Source: Bacteroidota bacterium
GTDB taxonomy: Bacteria > Bacteroidota > Bacteroidia > Chitinophagales > Chitinophagaceae
Direction of reading: 5' to 3'
NCBI GenBank assembly: GCA_023391315.1
Contig: JAEWBD010000420.1
Coordinates: 1-57,403 of the forward strand
DNA: 57,403 nucleotides
Shown here: positions 28,424-39,029 of the stretch, one piece after another
How the letters are laid out: the number at the start of each line of letters is the position of its first letter
Position numbering within the stretch: the first letter of the stretch is position 1
Program-made: the position numbers and the translations under genes
Notes under the pieces: generated by a model
The model's input: only the letters and a program-made list of their open reading frames with translations
What the model was told of the DNA's origin: nothing
Database searches by the model: none

Positions 28424-30943
28424 ATGAGAATACTTATAATTGGTAATGGAATGGTTGGCCACAAATTCTGTGAAAAACTGGTAAGCAAGAAGCTGCCCAA
28501 TCTCGAAATAACTGTTTTTGGGGAAGAACAATATGCCGCTTACGACCGTGTGCACCTCAGCAGTTTTTTTGAAGGCAAAACCGTTGATGACCTTACCCTG
28601 GCGCCTGCCGGATGGTATAAAGAAAATGGCATCAACCTGCACCTCGGCGACCCCGTACAAGCCATTAACCGTACAGCCAAACTCGTGCATACCTTCAAAG
28701 GCTTTGTAATGCATTATGACATACTGGTACTGGCTACAGGATCTTCTGCTTTTGTACCCCGCATTGAAGGAGTTGAAAAAGAAGGCGTTTTCCTGTACCG
28801 CACCATCGAAGACCTCCATCTTATACAGGCGTATGCCGCAAAAGCCAAAACCGGCGCTGTTATAGGCGGCGGATTGTTAGGCCTGGAAGCAGCTAAAGCG
28901 TTGCTCGACCTGGGCATTGCGGATACACACGTTATAGAATTTGCCCAACGGTTAATGCCCCGCCAGTTAGATGAAACCGGCTCCCAAATGCTGATGACCG
29001 TTTTAACCGGCCTCGGCCTTACCATTCACACCAATACCAATACAACAAAGATCACAGGCAAAAATGCTATTACGGGCATGCAGTTCGCTGATGGCACCTC
29101 GCTTAAAACAGATATGCTGGTTATTTCTGCTGGCATTAAGCCCCGCGGCGAGTTGGCGCTTGAATGTGGCCTGGAAACCGGCATGAATGGCGGCATTGTG
29201 GTAAATAATGCCATGCAAACTTCCGATGAATCTATCTACGCTATCGGCGAATGTGCTTTATATAATGAGATGATCTATGGCCTGGTAGCGCCCGGCTACG
29301 AAATGGCGGAAATAGTGGCGCTGGAAATATGCGCAATGGTTGACAAAACCCAATCATCCGCCAGGAAACAATTTACCGGTTTTGATATGAGCACGAAATT
29401 AAAGCTGGTAGGCACCGACGTTGCCAGCTTTGGTGATCCTTTTGCCAGTGGCGATGACGTTCGCAATATTGTTTTACAGGACACTGTAAAAGGTATTTAT
29501 AAAAGGATAAATGTTTCAGCCGATGGTAAATATCTATTAGGCGGTATTCTCGTAGGCGATGCTGCTCAATACAATTTACTCCTGCAAACCTGTAAAAACA
29601 AAATCCTGTTGCCGCCACATCCTGAAGATGTGATACTCCCGGCAAGGGAAGCTAAAAAAGATAATAGCGCCGGCATTGTTGCTTTGCCTGATGATGCTTT
29701 GATATGCAGCTGTGAAAGCGTTTCCAAATTAACTATTTGCCAATCGGTTTCCGAAAGCGGCTGTGAAACAGTGGATGCCATCAAAAAATGTACAAAAGCT
29801 GGTACAGGCTGCGGCGGCTGCCTGCCTATGATTAAAGACCTCATGGTACATACCATGAAGCAGCAGGGAAAATATGTGCGGAACGTATTATGCGAACATT
29901 TTCAATACAGCCGCCAGGAGCTTTTTGATCTTATAAAAATACATGAACTTAAAACCTATAACGACGTTTTAGACCAGCTTGGTACCGGTGATGGCTGCGA
30001 AGTATGCAAACCCGCTGTTTCTTCCATCATTGCCAGTTTGTGGAATGAAATGGTGCTCGCAAAAGGCAACGACACTGCCCAGGACAGCAACGACCGCTTT
30101 CTTGCCAATATTCAAAAGGGCGGCACTTATTCCGTAGTGCCACGCATTCCCGGTGGCGAAATCACACCCGAAAAATTAATTGTCATAGGCGAGGTTGCAA
30201 AGAAATATGGTTTATACACCAAAATAACCGGCGCCCAGCGTATAGATATGTTTGGCGCACACCTCAGTGACCTTCCCTTCATCTGGAGTGAATTGATTGA
30301 AGCAGGTTTTGAAAGCGGCCATGCTTATGGTAAAGCATTGCGCACCGTGAAAAGTTGCGTGGGCACAACCTGGTGCCGCTTTGGCTTGCAGGACAGTGTA
30401 AGCTTTGCCATTCAGGTGGAAGAACGCTACCGCGGGTTAAGAGCGCCGCATAAAATAAAATCTGCCGTTTCGGGTTGCATCAGGGAATGTGCCGAAGCAC
30501 AAAGCAAAGACTTCGGCATTATTGCCACAGAGAAAGGATGGAATTTATATGTATGTGGCAATGGCGGCAGTAAGCCACAACATGCCCTGTTATTAGCAAC
30601 TGATATTGACAGCGAAACCTGCATTAAATACATTGACCGTTTTTTGATGTTTTATATCCGCACTGCCGACCCGCTCAACCGTACCGCCACCTGGCTTAAT
30701 AAAATGGAAAGCGGCATAGACTACCTGCGCAATGTGGTAGTGAATGACAGCCTTGGAATGGCTGAACAATGGGAACAGGAGATGCAGCAACTGGTAAACG
30801 CTTATCAGTGTGAATGGAAAGCTGCTATCAACAGCCCCGAAATAAGAAAACGCTTTAATCATTTTATAAATGTGCCCGGAGAAAAAGATCCAACTGTTCA
30901 GTTCGATCAGTTAAGAGAGCAAAAGAAAGCTGCTAACTGGTAA
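28424..30943 (+). CDS. nirB: NAD(P)H nitrite reductase large subunit
   Basis: GNGMVG, GGGLLGLE, BFD-like CSC/CGGC, KSCVGTTWCRFG, SGCIRECAEAQ. Confidence 0.96.
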   Translation: MRILIIGNGMVGHKFCEKLVSKKLPNLEITVFGEEQYAAYDRVHLSSFFEGKTVDDLTLAPAGWYKENGINLHLGDPVQAINRTAKLVHTFKGFVMHYDILVLATGSSAFVPRIEGVEKEGVFLYRTIEDLHLIQAYAAKAKTGAVIGGGLLGLEAAKALLDLGIADTHVIEFAQRLMPRQLDETGSQMLMTVLTGLGLTIHTNTNTTKITGKNAITGMQFADGTSLKTDMLVISAGIKPRGELALECGLETGMNGGIVVNNAMQTSDESIYAIGECALYNEMIYGLVAPGYEMAEIVALEICAMVDKTQSSARKQFTGFDMSTKLKLVGTDVASFGDPFASGDDVRNIVLQDTVKGIYKRINVSADGKYLLGGILVGDAAQYNLLLQTCKNKILLPPHPEDVILPAREAKKDNSAGIVALPDDALICSCESVSKLTICQSVSESGCETVDAIKKCTKAGTGCGGCLPMIKDLMVHTMKQQGKYVRNVLCEHFQYSRQELFDLIKIHELKTYNDVLDQLGTGDGCEVCKPAVSSIIASLWNEMVLAKGNDTAQDSNDRFLANIQKGGTYSVVPRIPGGEITPEKLIVIGEVAKKYGLYTKITGAQRIDMFGAHLSDLPFIWSELIEAGFESGHAYGKALRTVKSCVGTTWCRFGLQDSVSFAIQVEERYRGLRAPHKIKSAVSGCIRECAEAQSKDFGIIATEKGWNLYVCGNGGSKPQHALLLATDIDSETCIKYIDRFLMFYIRTADPLNRTATWLNKMESGIDYLRNVVVNDSLGMAEQWEQEMQQLVNAYQCEWKAAINSPEIRKRFNHFINVPGEKDPTVQFDQLREQKKAANW

Positions 30944-31017
30944 AACAATCTTCGTGTTTAGAAATAAAAGAGGCCTCTAACAGTTTGCCTGCCATCAACC
31001 AAAAAAATCAACAAACT

Positions 31018-31386
31018 ATGATGCTACATGAAACCAATGTAAAAAAAAGTAACTGGTTCGCCGCTTGCCGCGTGGAAGATGTGGCAGAGAACGGTGGCGT
31101 TTGTGTAAAATACGAAGACACGCAAATAGCGTTATTCTATTTTACCCGCCGCAACGAATGGTATGCGACACAAAACGAATGCCCGCATAAAAAGCAAATG
31201 GCTTTAAGCAGGGGGATGATCGGCACTAAAAACGATGAACCGAAAGTAGCCTGCCCGTTTCATAAAAAAACTTTTTCGCTGGCCACAGGCGAATGTTTAA
31301 GCGGTGATGAATGCGCTATTAAAACTTACCCGGTAAAAGTGGAGCATGGCATTGTGTTTATTGGCGTAGGTGAAACAATGGAATAA
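31018..31386 (+). CDS. nirD: Nitrite reductase small subunit (Rieske)
   Basis: NECPHK, VACPFHKK. Confidence 0.94.
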   Translation: MMLHETNVKKSNWFAACRVEDVAENGGVCVKYEDTQIALFYFTRRNEWYATQNECPHKKQMALSRGMIGTKNDEPKVACPFHKKTFSLATGECLSGDECAIKTYPVKVEHGIVFIGVGETME

Positions 31387-31455
31387 GGCATTGTTTAATT
31401 GTTGTAACGGGTTATTGCCAGAGAGCATTACCATTTGCCTGTTTTGAAGGCACAT

Positions 31456-31489
31456 GGTCAGACGCATACTGCGTCAGACCAGTAGCAGG
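31456..31489 (+). repeat. REP-like palindrome, copy 1
   Basis: GGTCAGACGC-atact-GCGTCAGACC-agtagcagg; second copy at 48281. Confidence 0.7.
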
Positions 31490-31585
31490 AACCTTCAAAA
31501 ACTTCATTACAAAACCATTCTTCATTTAAACCAACATCAAACGATATTTCTTAAACCAATTGCTAATAATTAAAAATTAAAACTT

Positions 31586-32410
31586 ATGGATTATGTATCC
31601 CCCAAAGAAGTAGCAGGCGCCATGATGCATGCTGCCGTTGCCAAATCATCGTTACCGGTAAAAGACCTGCTTATCCGCAGCATGCTTTCAGGTGCATTAC
31701 TGGCAATCTCTGTTGTACTGGCCTTTGCGGCTGTAACACAAACAAAAATTCCGCTCATCGGCGCCATAGTTTTCCCGGTTGGCTTTGTAATTATCATTGC
31801 ACTCGGCCTTGAGCTGGTAACCGGAAGTTTTGCCCTGGTACCACTTGCTTTTCTTGAAAAGAAGATAAGCGCAGGCACTATGCTTAAAAACCTGTTCTGG
31901 GTTTTTACAGGTAACCTTATCGGCAGCCTGTTGTTTGCTTTTTTTTACTGGGCTGCTTCAACGCAGATGGGAACAGCAACTACACCGGGTGCTGTGGAAC
32001 AAATGATGGTTACCGTGGCTGAAAGGAAAACCATTGCTTATGCGCAAATTGGCGGAGCAGGTTTGGCTACTGCATTTGTAAAAGCTATTCTCTGTAACTG
32101 GATGGTTTGCATGGGTGTGGTAATGGGTCTTACATCAAAATCAACCATTGGCAAAATCTTTTGTGCAGGTATGCCTATTTTCATCTTCTTCGCCTTAGGT
32201 TATGAACATGCTGTTGTAAATATGTTCGTAATACCCGCAGGAATGATGTTTGGCGCCAAAGTTTCCATCAGCGACTGGTGGCTGTATAACCAGCTTATTG
32301 TAACTGCAGGCAATATAGTTGGTGGGCTTGTATTTACAGGCATGGCTATTTATTATACGCACGGGAAACAAACAGAAGACCAGGAACTGATGCTTCAAAA
32401 AGCTGCATAA
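31586..32410 (+). CDS. Formate/nitrite transporter (FNT, NirC-like)
   Basis: FPVGF, ELVTG, KAILCNWMVC, EHAVVNMF, GNIVGG. Confidence 0.93.
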   Translation: MDYVSPKEVAGAMMHAAVAKSSLPVKDLLIRSMLSGALLAISVVLAFAAVTQTKIPLIGAIVFPVGFVIIIALGLELVTGSFALVPLAFLEKKISAGTMLKNLFWVFTGNLIGSLLFAFFYWAASTQMGTATTPGAVEQMMVTVAERKTIAYAQIGGAGLATAFVKAILCNWMVCMGVVMGLTSKSTIGKIFCAGMPIFIFFALGYEHAVVNMFVIPAGMMFGAKVSISDWWLYNQLIVTAGNIVGGLVFTGMAIYYTHGKQTEDQELMLQKAA

Positions 32411-32511
32411 TTAAAAAGCAGCCAGGCTTCGTTTTACAGGATTTTATTTTAAAACAATTATGCATTTTCCATACAAAAATGCATACGATATTTTATTGTC
32501 AATTTTTCAAT

Positions 32512-33870
32512 ATGAAACCAATATTAAAAACCATAATTGCCGGGTTAACGGCTTCTTGTTTCTATAGTACCGCCTCGGCGCAATTAACCGTATCGGCACA
32601 ATTACGTACAAGAACAGAATACCGCGACGGGTTGGGAGCACCCTTACCAAAAGATGCAAACCCGGCATTGTTTACTTCACAGCGCACAAGATTATCAGCG
32701 GGCTTCAGCACTTACAGGCTGAAATTAGGCATAGCCATACAGGACGTGCGGGTTTGGGGCCAGGATGGTTCAACCATCAACCGCACAACAACGCAGGATA
32801 ATAACGGGCTGATGCTACATGAAGCCTGGGCAGAAATTGGCCTCACAGATACATCCAACAAAAGATATAGCATGGCCCTTAAATTAGGCAGGCAGGAAAT
32901 AATTTATGATGATGAGCGATTGATGGGTAATCTCGACTGGCCGCAGCCGGCACGGCGCCACGATGCGGCCCTGCTGCAATTCAATTCAAGCCGATGGATG
33001 GTACATGCCGGTTTTGCATTTAACCAGAATAAAGAAAATGTAAGCGACACAAAATATAATCCAACGCCTGCCGGTAATTATGCAGCCAATACAAACGGCG
33101 GCAGCATGTATAAAAGTTTTGAATACCTCTATGCCGACAGGAAATATGAACAGGGTAATGTTTCTTTTTTATTCTTTAGCGACCAGTTCAGCAAATATCA
33201 TAACGACCTAACGAATGATGTACCCTTAAAGGTTTGGGATAATGGTACCTGGACAAGGTTTACTACAGGATTTTATACCACAAACAATTTTAATAAAATA
33301 AACTTCTCCGCTTCGGCATACTACCAGTTTGGAGAAAATGCATCAGGAGAAAAATTATCAGGAGCTTTGCTATCGGTCAGCGCTTTTTACAAAGTGAATA
33401 AAAAGTTTAGTGTTGGTCCCGGTATTGATTATACACCGGGTGGTTCAACCGGCAATAAAAGCCATGCTTTTGACCCGCTCTATGGAACGCCGCACAAATT
33501 CTGGGGGTTGATGGATTATTTTTATGCAGGCAGTGGTTTTGGCAATAAAGGTTTAATGGATTATTATCTGAAAGCAAAGTATACAGCATCTTCGTCATTC
33601 GCGTTTATGGCAGGCATTCATCAGTTTAACAGCAGCAGCCCTGTATATAACAATGATGGTAATAAATTGAGCCGCAATTTTGGAGCAGAAGCTGATATCA
33701 CCGCCAGCTATGCGCTTACCAAAATAATAGGCTTTGAAGCAGGTTACAGCCATTTCTTTTCTACTGCATCGCTGGCATCAACTGGCGTAAAGAATATAAC
33801 GAATGCACAGAGCAATAATAACTGGGCTTATCTGATGATAAAGATTCAGCCATCTTTTAATTTTAAATAA
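32512..33870 (+). CDS. Alginate export family outer-membrane beta-barrel
   Basis: Signal peptide, QLRTRTEYRDG, QDVRVWG, GRQEIIYDD, FDPLYGTPHKFWGLMDYF. Confidence 0.82.
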   Translation: MKPILKTIIAGLTASCFYSTASAQLTVSAQLRTRTEYRDGLGAPLPKDANPALFTSQRTRLSAGFSTYRLKLGIAIQDVRVWGQDGSTINRTTTQDNNGLMLHEAWAEIGLTDTSNKRYSMALKLGRQEIIYDDERLMGNLDWPQPARRHDAALLQFNSSRWMVHAGFAFNQNKENVSDTKYNPTPAGNYAANTNGGSMYKSFEYLYADRKYEQGNVSFLFFSDQFSKYHNDLTNDVPLKVWDNGTWTRFTTGFYTTNNFNKINFSASAYYQFGENASGEKLSGALLSVSAFYKVNKKFSVGPGIDYTPGGSTGNKSHAFDPLYGTPHKFWGLMDYFYAGSGFGNKGLMDYYLKAKYTASSSFAFMAGIHQFNSSSPVYNNDGNKLSRNFGAEADITASYALTKIIGFEAGYSHFFSTASLASTGVKNITNAQSNNNWAYLMIKIQPSFNFK

Positions 33871-33891
33871 AGTGACATAACAACGATCTTC

Positions 33892-33934
33892 TTATAATAA
33901 TACCTGCAATCAAACATTGCAGGTATTATTATAA
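33892..33934. terminator. Perfect 19-bp inverted repeat between convergent genes
   Basis: ttataataatacctgcaat-caaac-attgcaggtattattataa. Confidence 0.75.
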
Positions 33935-33953
33935 CAGATTGAGCAAGGCAAAA

Positions 33954-35993
33954 TCACTTTGCCTTCTTCACTTCAATTAAAAGATTCTCTTTGAAGTTAA
34001 CTTTTAGCTTAGGATTATCGCCGTTAATTATTCCAAGGTTTTTATTATTTACATAATCATAAACGCTATATTTTTTACCTGCATCCAACCCTCTTAATTC
34101 AACTTCACCATTAAAATCTGGGTTGTAAAAACTGTAATACATGATGTCGCCTTTTTGTATGCAATAAGTTTCAGGATGATCGTAACCAATATCATATAAA
34201 TCGCCGCGAAAGATGCCTTTGCTTAACATCTTTTCATTATAAATATTCAGCCACTTTTCAAACAGCTTTTCCTTTTCCGGTGTTAATAAATTTTCATCTT
34301 TACTTTTTACGCCTGTTGCAGGATAAACAAATTTTGTTCCCGGCACCGCGCCAATACCAATTTGCGAAGCAAAATCTTCTTTGGTATCTGTAAGTTCAAC
34401 ATGATCGCCGAAATAAGCTGTTTGCGGCATCAATGCTTTATATATTTTATTCTTTAACCGCACCTGCCAGCTACTGGTTGGATCGCTTGCTACAAACTGG
34501 TTGGTATAAGGCATGTGATAAAAATTCATTACATCGCCGCACGGGCAAAATTCAATCACGGCATCGGGTTTTATACTTTTTGCCGTTTCATAAATTATTT
34601 TAAACAGCAACGGCAGTTTTTCAAAACTTTGTTCCGGATAATCAACATTATGGTCGCCATAATCAGGTGCGCATGCATTCATATACTGGCCATCTAATTT
34701 CAGTGCATCAAAACCCCAGTCCTGCATAAACATTTTTACAGTGTTCCTCGTTTCTTCAATTACTGCTTTATCAGTGGGCGACATATAATAAGCATCCCAC
34801 CAGGTTATATATTGCGGCGCCCCGTTTTCCTGCTGCAACAAAATATCAGGATGTGCTTTCAACACTTTACTGGCGGGATCTGCAGCCATGGGCGCCCACC
34901 ATAATACAGCTTTCATTCCTTGCGCATGAATACTGTCAACAAAAGCTTTCATCTCATCATCACCACCGGGAAAATGTTCTTTGTTCGTATGCCAGTCACC
35001 TTCCGCCTGCTGAAAGCCATCATCCAGCCCAACCCATTTAAAGCCCAGTTCCTTTACTTTGGGCAGCGTATTTAAAATCTCCTTTAGAGTAAAATCCCTT
35101 TCATAACCCCAAGCGCACCAGATTGGCTCAAATGCAGCGGGTTCGGCAGTTGCAGGCTTTACACCTTTTGTTTGCATGAAGTTTGAAAAGTTGCGCAACG
35201 TGGCAAAACAATCCCTTTCATGCACGCTTACAAAGGTTTCAAAAGTGTGCAGCGTATCATTTGGCTTTAAAATTTCCGGCTCCGGGTACTCATACTGTAA
35301 ACTCATATTCGCAGCATCTGCATATTGATCAAAATCTATTGGCAATGAGACAAGTTTGGCAACAGCTTCTGTATTGCCAACCGCAATGCCTGCATCCTTT
35401 CTCCATAAATCAATAACCGGAATGCCGCCGCCATAATCTGAAGCATTCATACCCATGAAATTTTTTTCATGAAAGCCGCGATTTACTTTTTGAACCCAGT
35501 CACGGCGGTCTGCATGCGAACTGCCCTGGAAGCTCCAGAATGCTGTTGTATCACTTGATGGCAATACATTGTATTCATTATTCACCCATTTTATAACAGG
35601 CAATTCCTTATTACTTTTATTGATGTATTGCACATTGAAATAAGCCGCATCGGGGAAATTATTATATGTTTTTATAGAAAGGATTTTATCAATGTGATTG
35701 ATATTATCCGATCCGAAAAATTTCCATTCAACACCGTTTCCTGCGGCATCATTAATGTTGTTCTTTTCTTTTTTTATAAGATGAAAATTCTTCGCAGTAA
35801 AATATTTCGTTTGAATATATTCTGATGAAGAGAAACCATTGGTTAACGGTTTTGCATTATTGAACGTTGTATTCACCTTTGTCTGCAAATCATCATTCAC
35901 TTCAATTTTTAAACTTTGATTGGTGATAATAGTTTGCGCTGTTGCAATACCAACAACACAACAACTTAGTAATGTTATGAATATTTTCTTCAT
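33954..35993 (-). CDS. Glycoside hydrolase family 36 (alpha-galactosidase/galactosaminidase-like), secreted
   Basis: WCAWGY, GLDDGFQ..GDW, LWWAP, nucleophile motif LKLDG, EFCPCG; signal peptide. Confidence 0.85.
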   Translation of the reverse strand: MKKIFITLLSCCVVGIATAQTIITNQSLKIEVNDDLQTKVNTTFNNAKPLTNGFSSSEYIQTKYFTAKNFHLIKKEKNNINDAAGNGVEWKFFGSDNINHIDKILSIKTYNNFPDAAYFNVQYINKSNKELPVIKWVNNEYNVLPSSDTTAFWSFQGSSHADRRDWVQKVNRGFHEKNFMGMNASDYGGGIPVIDLWRKDAGIAVGNTEAVAKLVSLPIDFDQYADAANMSLQYEYPEPEILKPNDTLHTFETFVSVHERDCFATLRNFSNFMQTKGVKPATAEPAAFEPIWCAWGYERDFTLKEILNTLPKVKELGFKWVGLDDGFQQAEGDWHTNKEHFPGGDDEMKAFVDSIHAQGMKAVLWWAPMAADPASKVLKAHPDILLQQENGAPQYITWWDAYYMSPTDKAVIEETRNTVKMFMQDWGFDALKLDGQYMNACAPDYGDHNVDYPEQSFEKLPLLFKIIYETAKSIKPDAVIEFCPCGDVMNFYHMPYTNQFVASDPTSSWQVRLKNKIYKALMPQTAYFGDHVELTDTKEDFASQIGIGAVPGTKFVYPATGVKSKDENLLTPEKEKLFEKWLNIYNEKMLSKGIFRGDLYDIGYDHPETYCIQKGDIMYYSFYNPDFNGEVELRGLDAGKKYSVYDYVNNKNLGIINGDNPKLKVNFKENLLIEVKKAK

Positions 35994-36057
35994 CTCTAAA
36001 TAATTTCTTTGTGTATTACGACTTCGCCAAACATGAAATGCCGAAGTAACACAAGGT

Positions 36058-37137
36058 TTATTTGTAATTATTTAAAATCTTTTCCGCGTTCTTTCTGTAT
36101 AATTTTTCCAGTACTTCTTTAGGCAAATCCAATCCATATAAAGCCCAATGATAATTGAACATTTCTATTTCATAAAAATGTTCATCGGCGCTTTCCAAAA
36201 TTCTGAACGTGGTTAAATACATGTGCTCTTCAGGGCTATTGTCTGTGCCATACAATAGCCTGTCTTGGTATTTTGTAATAAAAGCCGCAGCATACCTCGG
36301 CACCGGTGCAATCTCCGCATAACGCGCCGCGATATCAGCATATAAATTCGGATACTTATCCAGCATGTTACCCAGCACCTGCAAATTAGAACATGAGTTT
36401 GCCAAATGACAGGCAATAAAAATTGTTGCAGGGTTATCACGCACAGCATTCTCCAAAGACTTTATTAACGCATCATGATCAAGCTTTCCCGGTTTATTCA
36501 TATCCACATGCCATTTGGATGCATTCATCAAACCATCATTCGTGCTGTCGGGCGTTTCATACATCCATTCATCTTCCGCCACATGAATGCTTACAGGCAT
36601 ACGCAGCGCTGCACATTTTTCAAGCAACGGCTTCATTTGCGGATCATCAATATGCAAACCCTTTCCCGGCGTTGGTTTTGAATACAACTCGCCTTCACCT
36701 TTATCACCTAATTCACCCACACCTTTGGCTCCTTTTTTATAACATCTTTCCAATTCTTCCACAGCATGTTTTTGCCAACCCGTCGCGCCATAACCCGTAT
36801 AATCAAGGCCGCACCACAACTCAAACCTGCCGGGGTATTTACTGTATTTCTCTACGGCGCTGTCAAAACCTTTGCCGGTGGCATAAGTAAGCACCATGGT
36901 TTTCTTGATATTCATTTTATCCATCAGCTTAACCCAGTCGTCCACATCTTTTTGTGTTTGGATATAATCATGTGAATGCATATCAATGATTGGAAAAGCA
37001 GCTTTCGTTATGTTGGCCGCAGGCGTTTTATAAATAGATACAGGCCTGTAATTATTCAATAATAATTTATCAGCTTCTGTTTGTGCGAAAGCGTGATGTG
37101 CAATCATAAATGCACAAGCGACGAATATTTTTTTCAT
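36058..37137 (-). CDS. Amidohydrolase-2 family metallohydrolase with signal peptide
   Basis: IDMHSH, GVGEL, SIHVAE, ACHL, LYGTD; N-terminus MKKIFVACAFMIAHHAFAQ. Confidence 0.88.
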   Translation of the reverse strand: MKKIFVACAFMIAHHAFAQTEADKLLLNNYRPVSIYKTPAANITKAAFPIIDMHSHDYIQTQKDVDDWVKLMDKMNIKKTMVLTYATGKGFDSAVEKYSKYPGRFELWCGLDYTGYGATGWQKHAVEELERCYKKGAKGVGELGDKGEGELYSKPTPGKGLHIDDPQMKPLLEKCAALRMPVSIHVAEDEWMYETPDSTNDGLMNASKWHVDMNKPGKLDHDALIKSLENAVRDNPATIFIACHLANSCSNLQVLGNMLDKYPNLYADIAARYAEIAPVPRYAAAFITKYQDRLLYGTDNSPEEHMYLTTFRILESADEHFYEIEMFNYHWALYGLDLPKEVLEKLYRKNAEKILNNYK

Positions 37138-37204
37138 AATACGACCTGTTTGCTTTAAGAGATATAAAAAGCACGAACCTGTTAAGCCCGGCCATTCATC
37201 AATC

Positions 37205-38020
37205 TTACATATTAATTACATCAAGTTTTCTAACAATCAAATCCTTCACTGCATCAATCGCTTTCGGAAACACTTTACGCAAATCAATCTCATCACTTTC
37301 CGCCAATAATGATTGCAGTTTTTTCATAAAAGTGTTTTTTGTTTCTGTTGCAAGATTGATTTTGCTGATGCCGCTGTGAATGGCTTCCTGCAATTGTGCA
37401 TCCGGAATACCGCTGCTGCCATGCAATACAAGTGCACAATTCACTGCAGTCCGTATTTCCTTTAAGCGGTCAATGCGCAGCTTTGGTATTTCTTTATAAA
37501 AGCCATGTGCATTACCAATGGCAATTGCCAACGCATCGATACCTGTTGCTTCAACAAAACGTTTCGCATCATCAGCGCTCGTTGGTTCAAATGTGTGCGA
37601 TTGGTTAAGTTTGGCTATATAACCCAATTCAGCTTCCACATTTGCTTTATAATGTTCAGCAATTTTTACAGTCTCTTTTGTAATGCGCACGTTTTCATCA
37701 AATGGTTTTTCGCTGGCATCAATCATCACGCTGTCAAAGCCGGCATCCAGGCATTTTGTAATAACTTCAATGCTGCTGCCATGATCGAGGTGCACCCACC
37801 CTTCCACATTAAATTCTTTCAGCATAACCTTTGCCATTGCAATAGCCGGTTCGATTCCAAGATATTGCAGTGAGCTCTCACTTAACTGTAAGATCAGGCT
37901 GCTGTTTGTTTGCTTTGCAGCCAGCAATAAACCCTTTAATGTCTCAAAATTGTAGAAGTTCACCGCCAGCAATGCTTTACTTTCTTTGGTGCATGCCGCC
38001 AGCTTTTCTTTCATCGTCAT
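37205..38020 (-). CDS. Class II aldolase (tagatose/fructose-bisphosphate aldolase)
   Basis: HLDHG, SVMIDAS, VEAELG, IGNAHG, VLHGSSG, KINLAT. Confidence 0.92.
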   Translation of the reverse strand: MTMKEKLAACTKESKALLAVNFYNFETLKGLLLAAKQTNSSLILQLSESSLQYLGIEPAIAMAKVMLKEFNVEGWVHLDHGSSIEVITKCLDAGFDSVMIDASEKPFDENVRITKETVKIAEHYKANVEAELGYIAKLNQSHTFEPTSADDAKRFVEATGIDALAIAIGNAHGFYKEIPKLRIDRLKEIRTAVNCALVLHGSSGIPDAQLQEAIHSGISKINLATETKNTFMKKLQSLLAESDEIDLRKVFPKAIDAVKDLIVRKLDVINM

Positions 38021-38970
38021 TGTATGGTATAATTAAATTTTTGGAGTACTGATTTTTTTACAGACTGCAAATCGATGAATGCCGCAGTGCCCCCGTAAGC
38101 TGTTGTATTTAATGCGCCGCAAACAGCACCCATTTCTGTACTTTCCTTTAATGATTTGTCGCGAATGAATTGCCGTATAAACCCGGCATCAAAACTGTCG
38201 CCGGCACCAATGGCATCGGCAAAATCATCATTCATAAATGCAGGCTGTTCTATCACTTCATTTTTATAAAAAGCCGTGGCGCCTTCAATGCTGTTTTTTA
38301 CAACAATAATGTTGGCAAAACTTTGTATTGAAGTAACGGCATCCTGTATATTTTCTTTACTGGTTATATTTTTTAATTCTTCTGTGTTAGGCATGAATAC
38401 ATCAACATTTGGCAGTAAATTTTTCCAGTCACAGTCCCATTTTTCATAAGTATCCCATTGCGGATCGAGAGAAGTAGTTAAGCCAATATCTTTTGCGCGT
38501 TTAAACAATTTTACGAGGCCGGGTTTTAATGCCGGCTGAATAAAAACGGAACTTACATGAAGGTGCCTGGCATTGTGCAGCATAGTATCCGTTATATCCT
38601 TTTCACTCAATGCATTGTTGGCGCCGGGATAAGTAACCATGGCCCGGTTTTGTTCGAAATTAAAAGCGACCGTAACACCCGTTTGCAATGAATTATTCAG
38701 AATAATATTATCTGTGGCAACATTCTTTACTTCAAGGTCTTTAACGATCTTCTTTCCAAAGTCATCGTTGCCTATGCAGCCGCAATAATTAACGGAAACA
38801 CCCAGTGCGCTTAGGTTTGAAGCGAAGATGGCGGAGCTGCTTCCAAGCGTATAAACCATTTTATCGGCAAGAATTTCTTTGCCGGTTTCAGGAAATTGTG
38901 GAAGCCCGCTTAAAATAAGGTCGATGTTTAATTCGCCGGCAACAAGTACATCAAATTTTTTATCCTGCAC
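38017..38970 (-). CDS. PfkB family carbohydrate kinase
   Basis: GNDDFG, FMPNTEE, DAIGAGDSFDAGF; GTG start. Confidence 0.93.
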   Translation of the reverse strand: MQDKKFDVLVAGELNIDLILSGLPQFPETGKEILADKMVYTLGSSSAIFASNLSALGVSVNYCGCIGNDDFGKKIVKDLEVKNVATDNIILNNSLQTGVTVAFNFEQNRAMVTYPGANNALSEKDITDTMLHNARHLHVSSVFIQPALKPGLVKLFKRAKDIGLTTSLDPQWDTYEKWDCDWKNLLPNVDVFMPNTEELKNITSKENIQDAVTSIQSFANIIVVKNSIEGATAFYKNEVIEQPAFMNDDFADAIGAGDSFDAGFIRQFIRDKSLKESTEMGAVCGALNTTAYGGTAAFIDLQSVKKSVLQKFNYTIQ

Positions 38971-39029
38971 GTTTTAACTGAAATTTTAAAAATGAAAATT
39001 CAATTTTATTAACTGCGGTTATTCATAAT

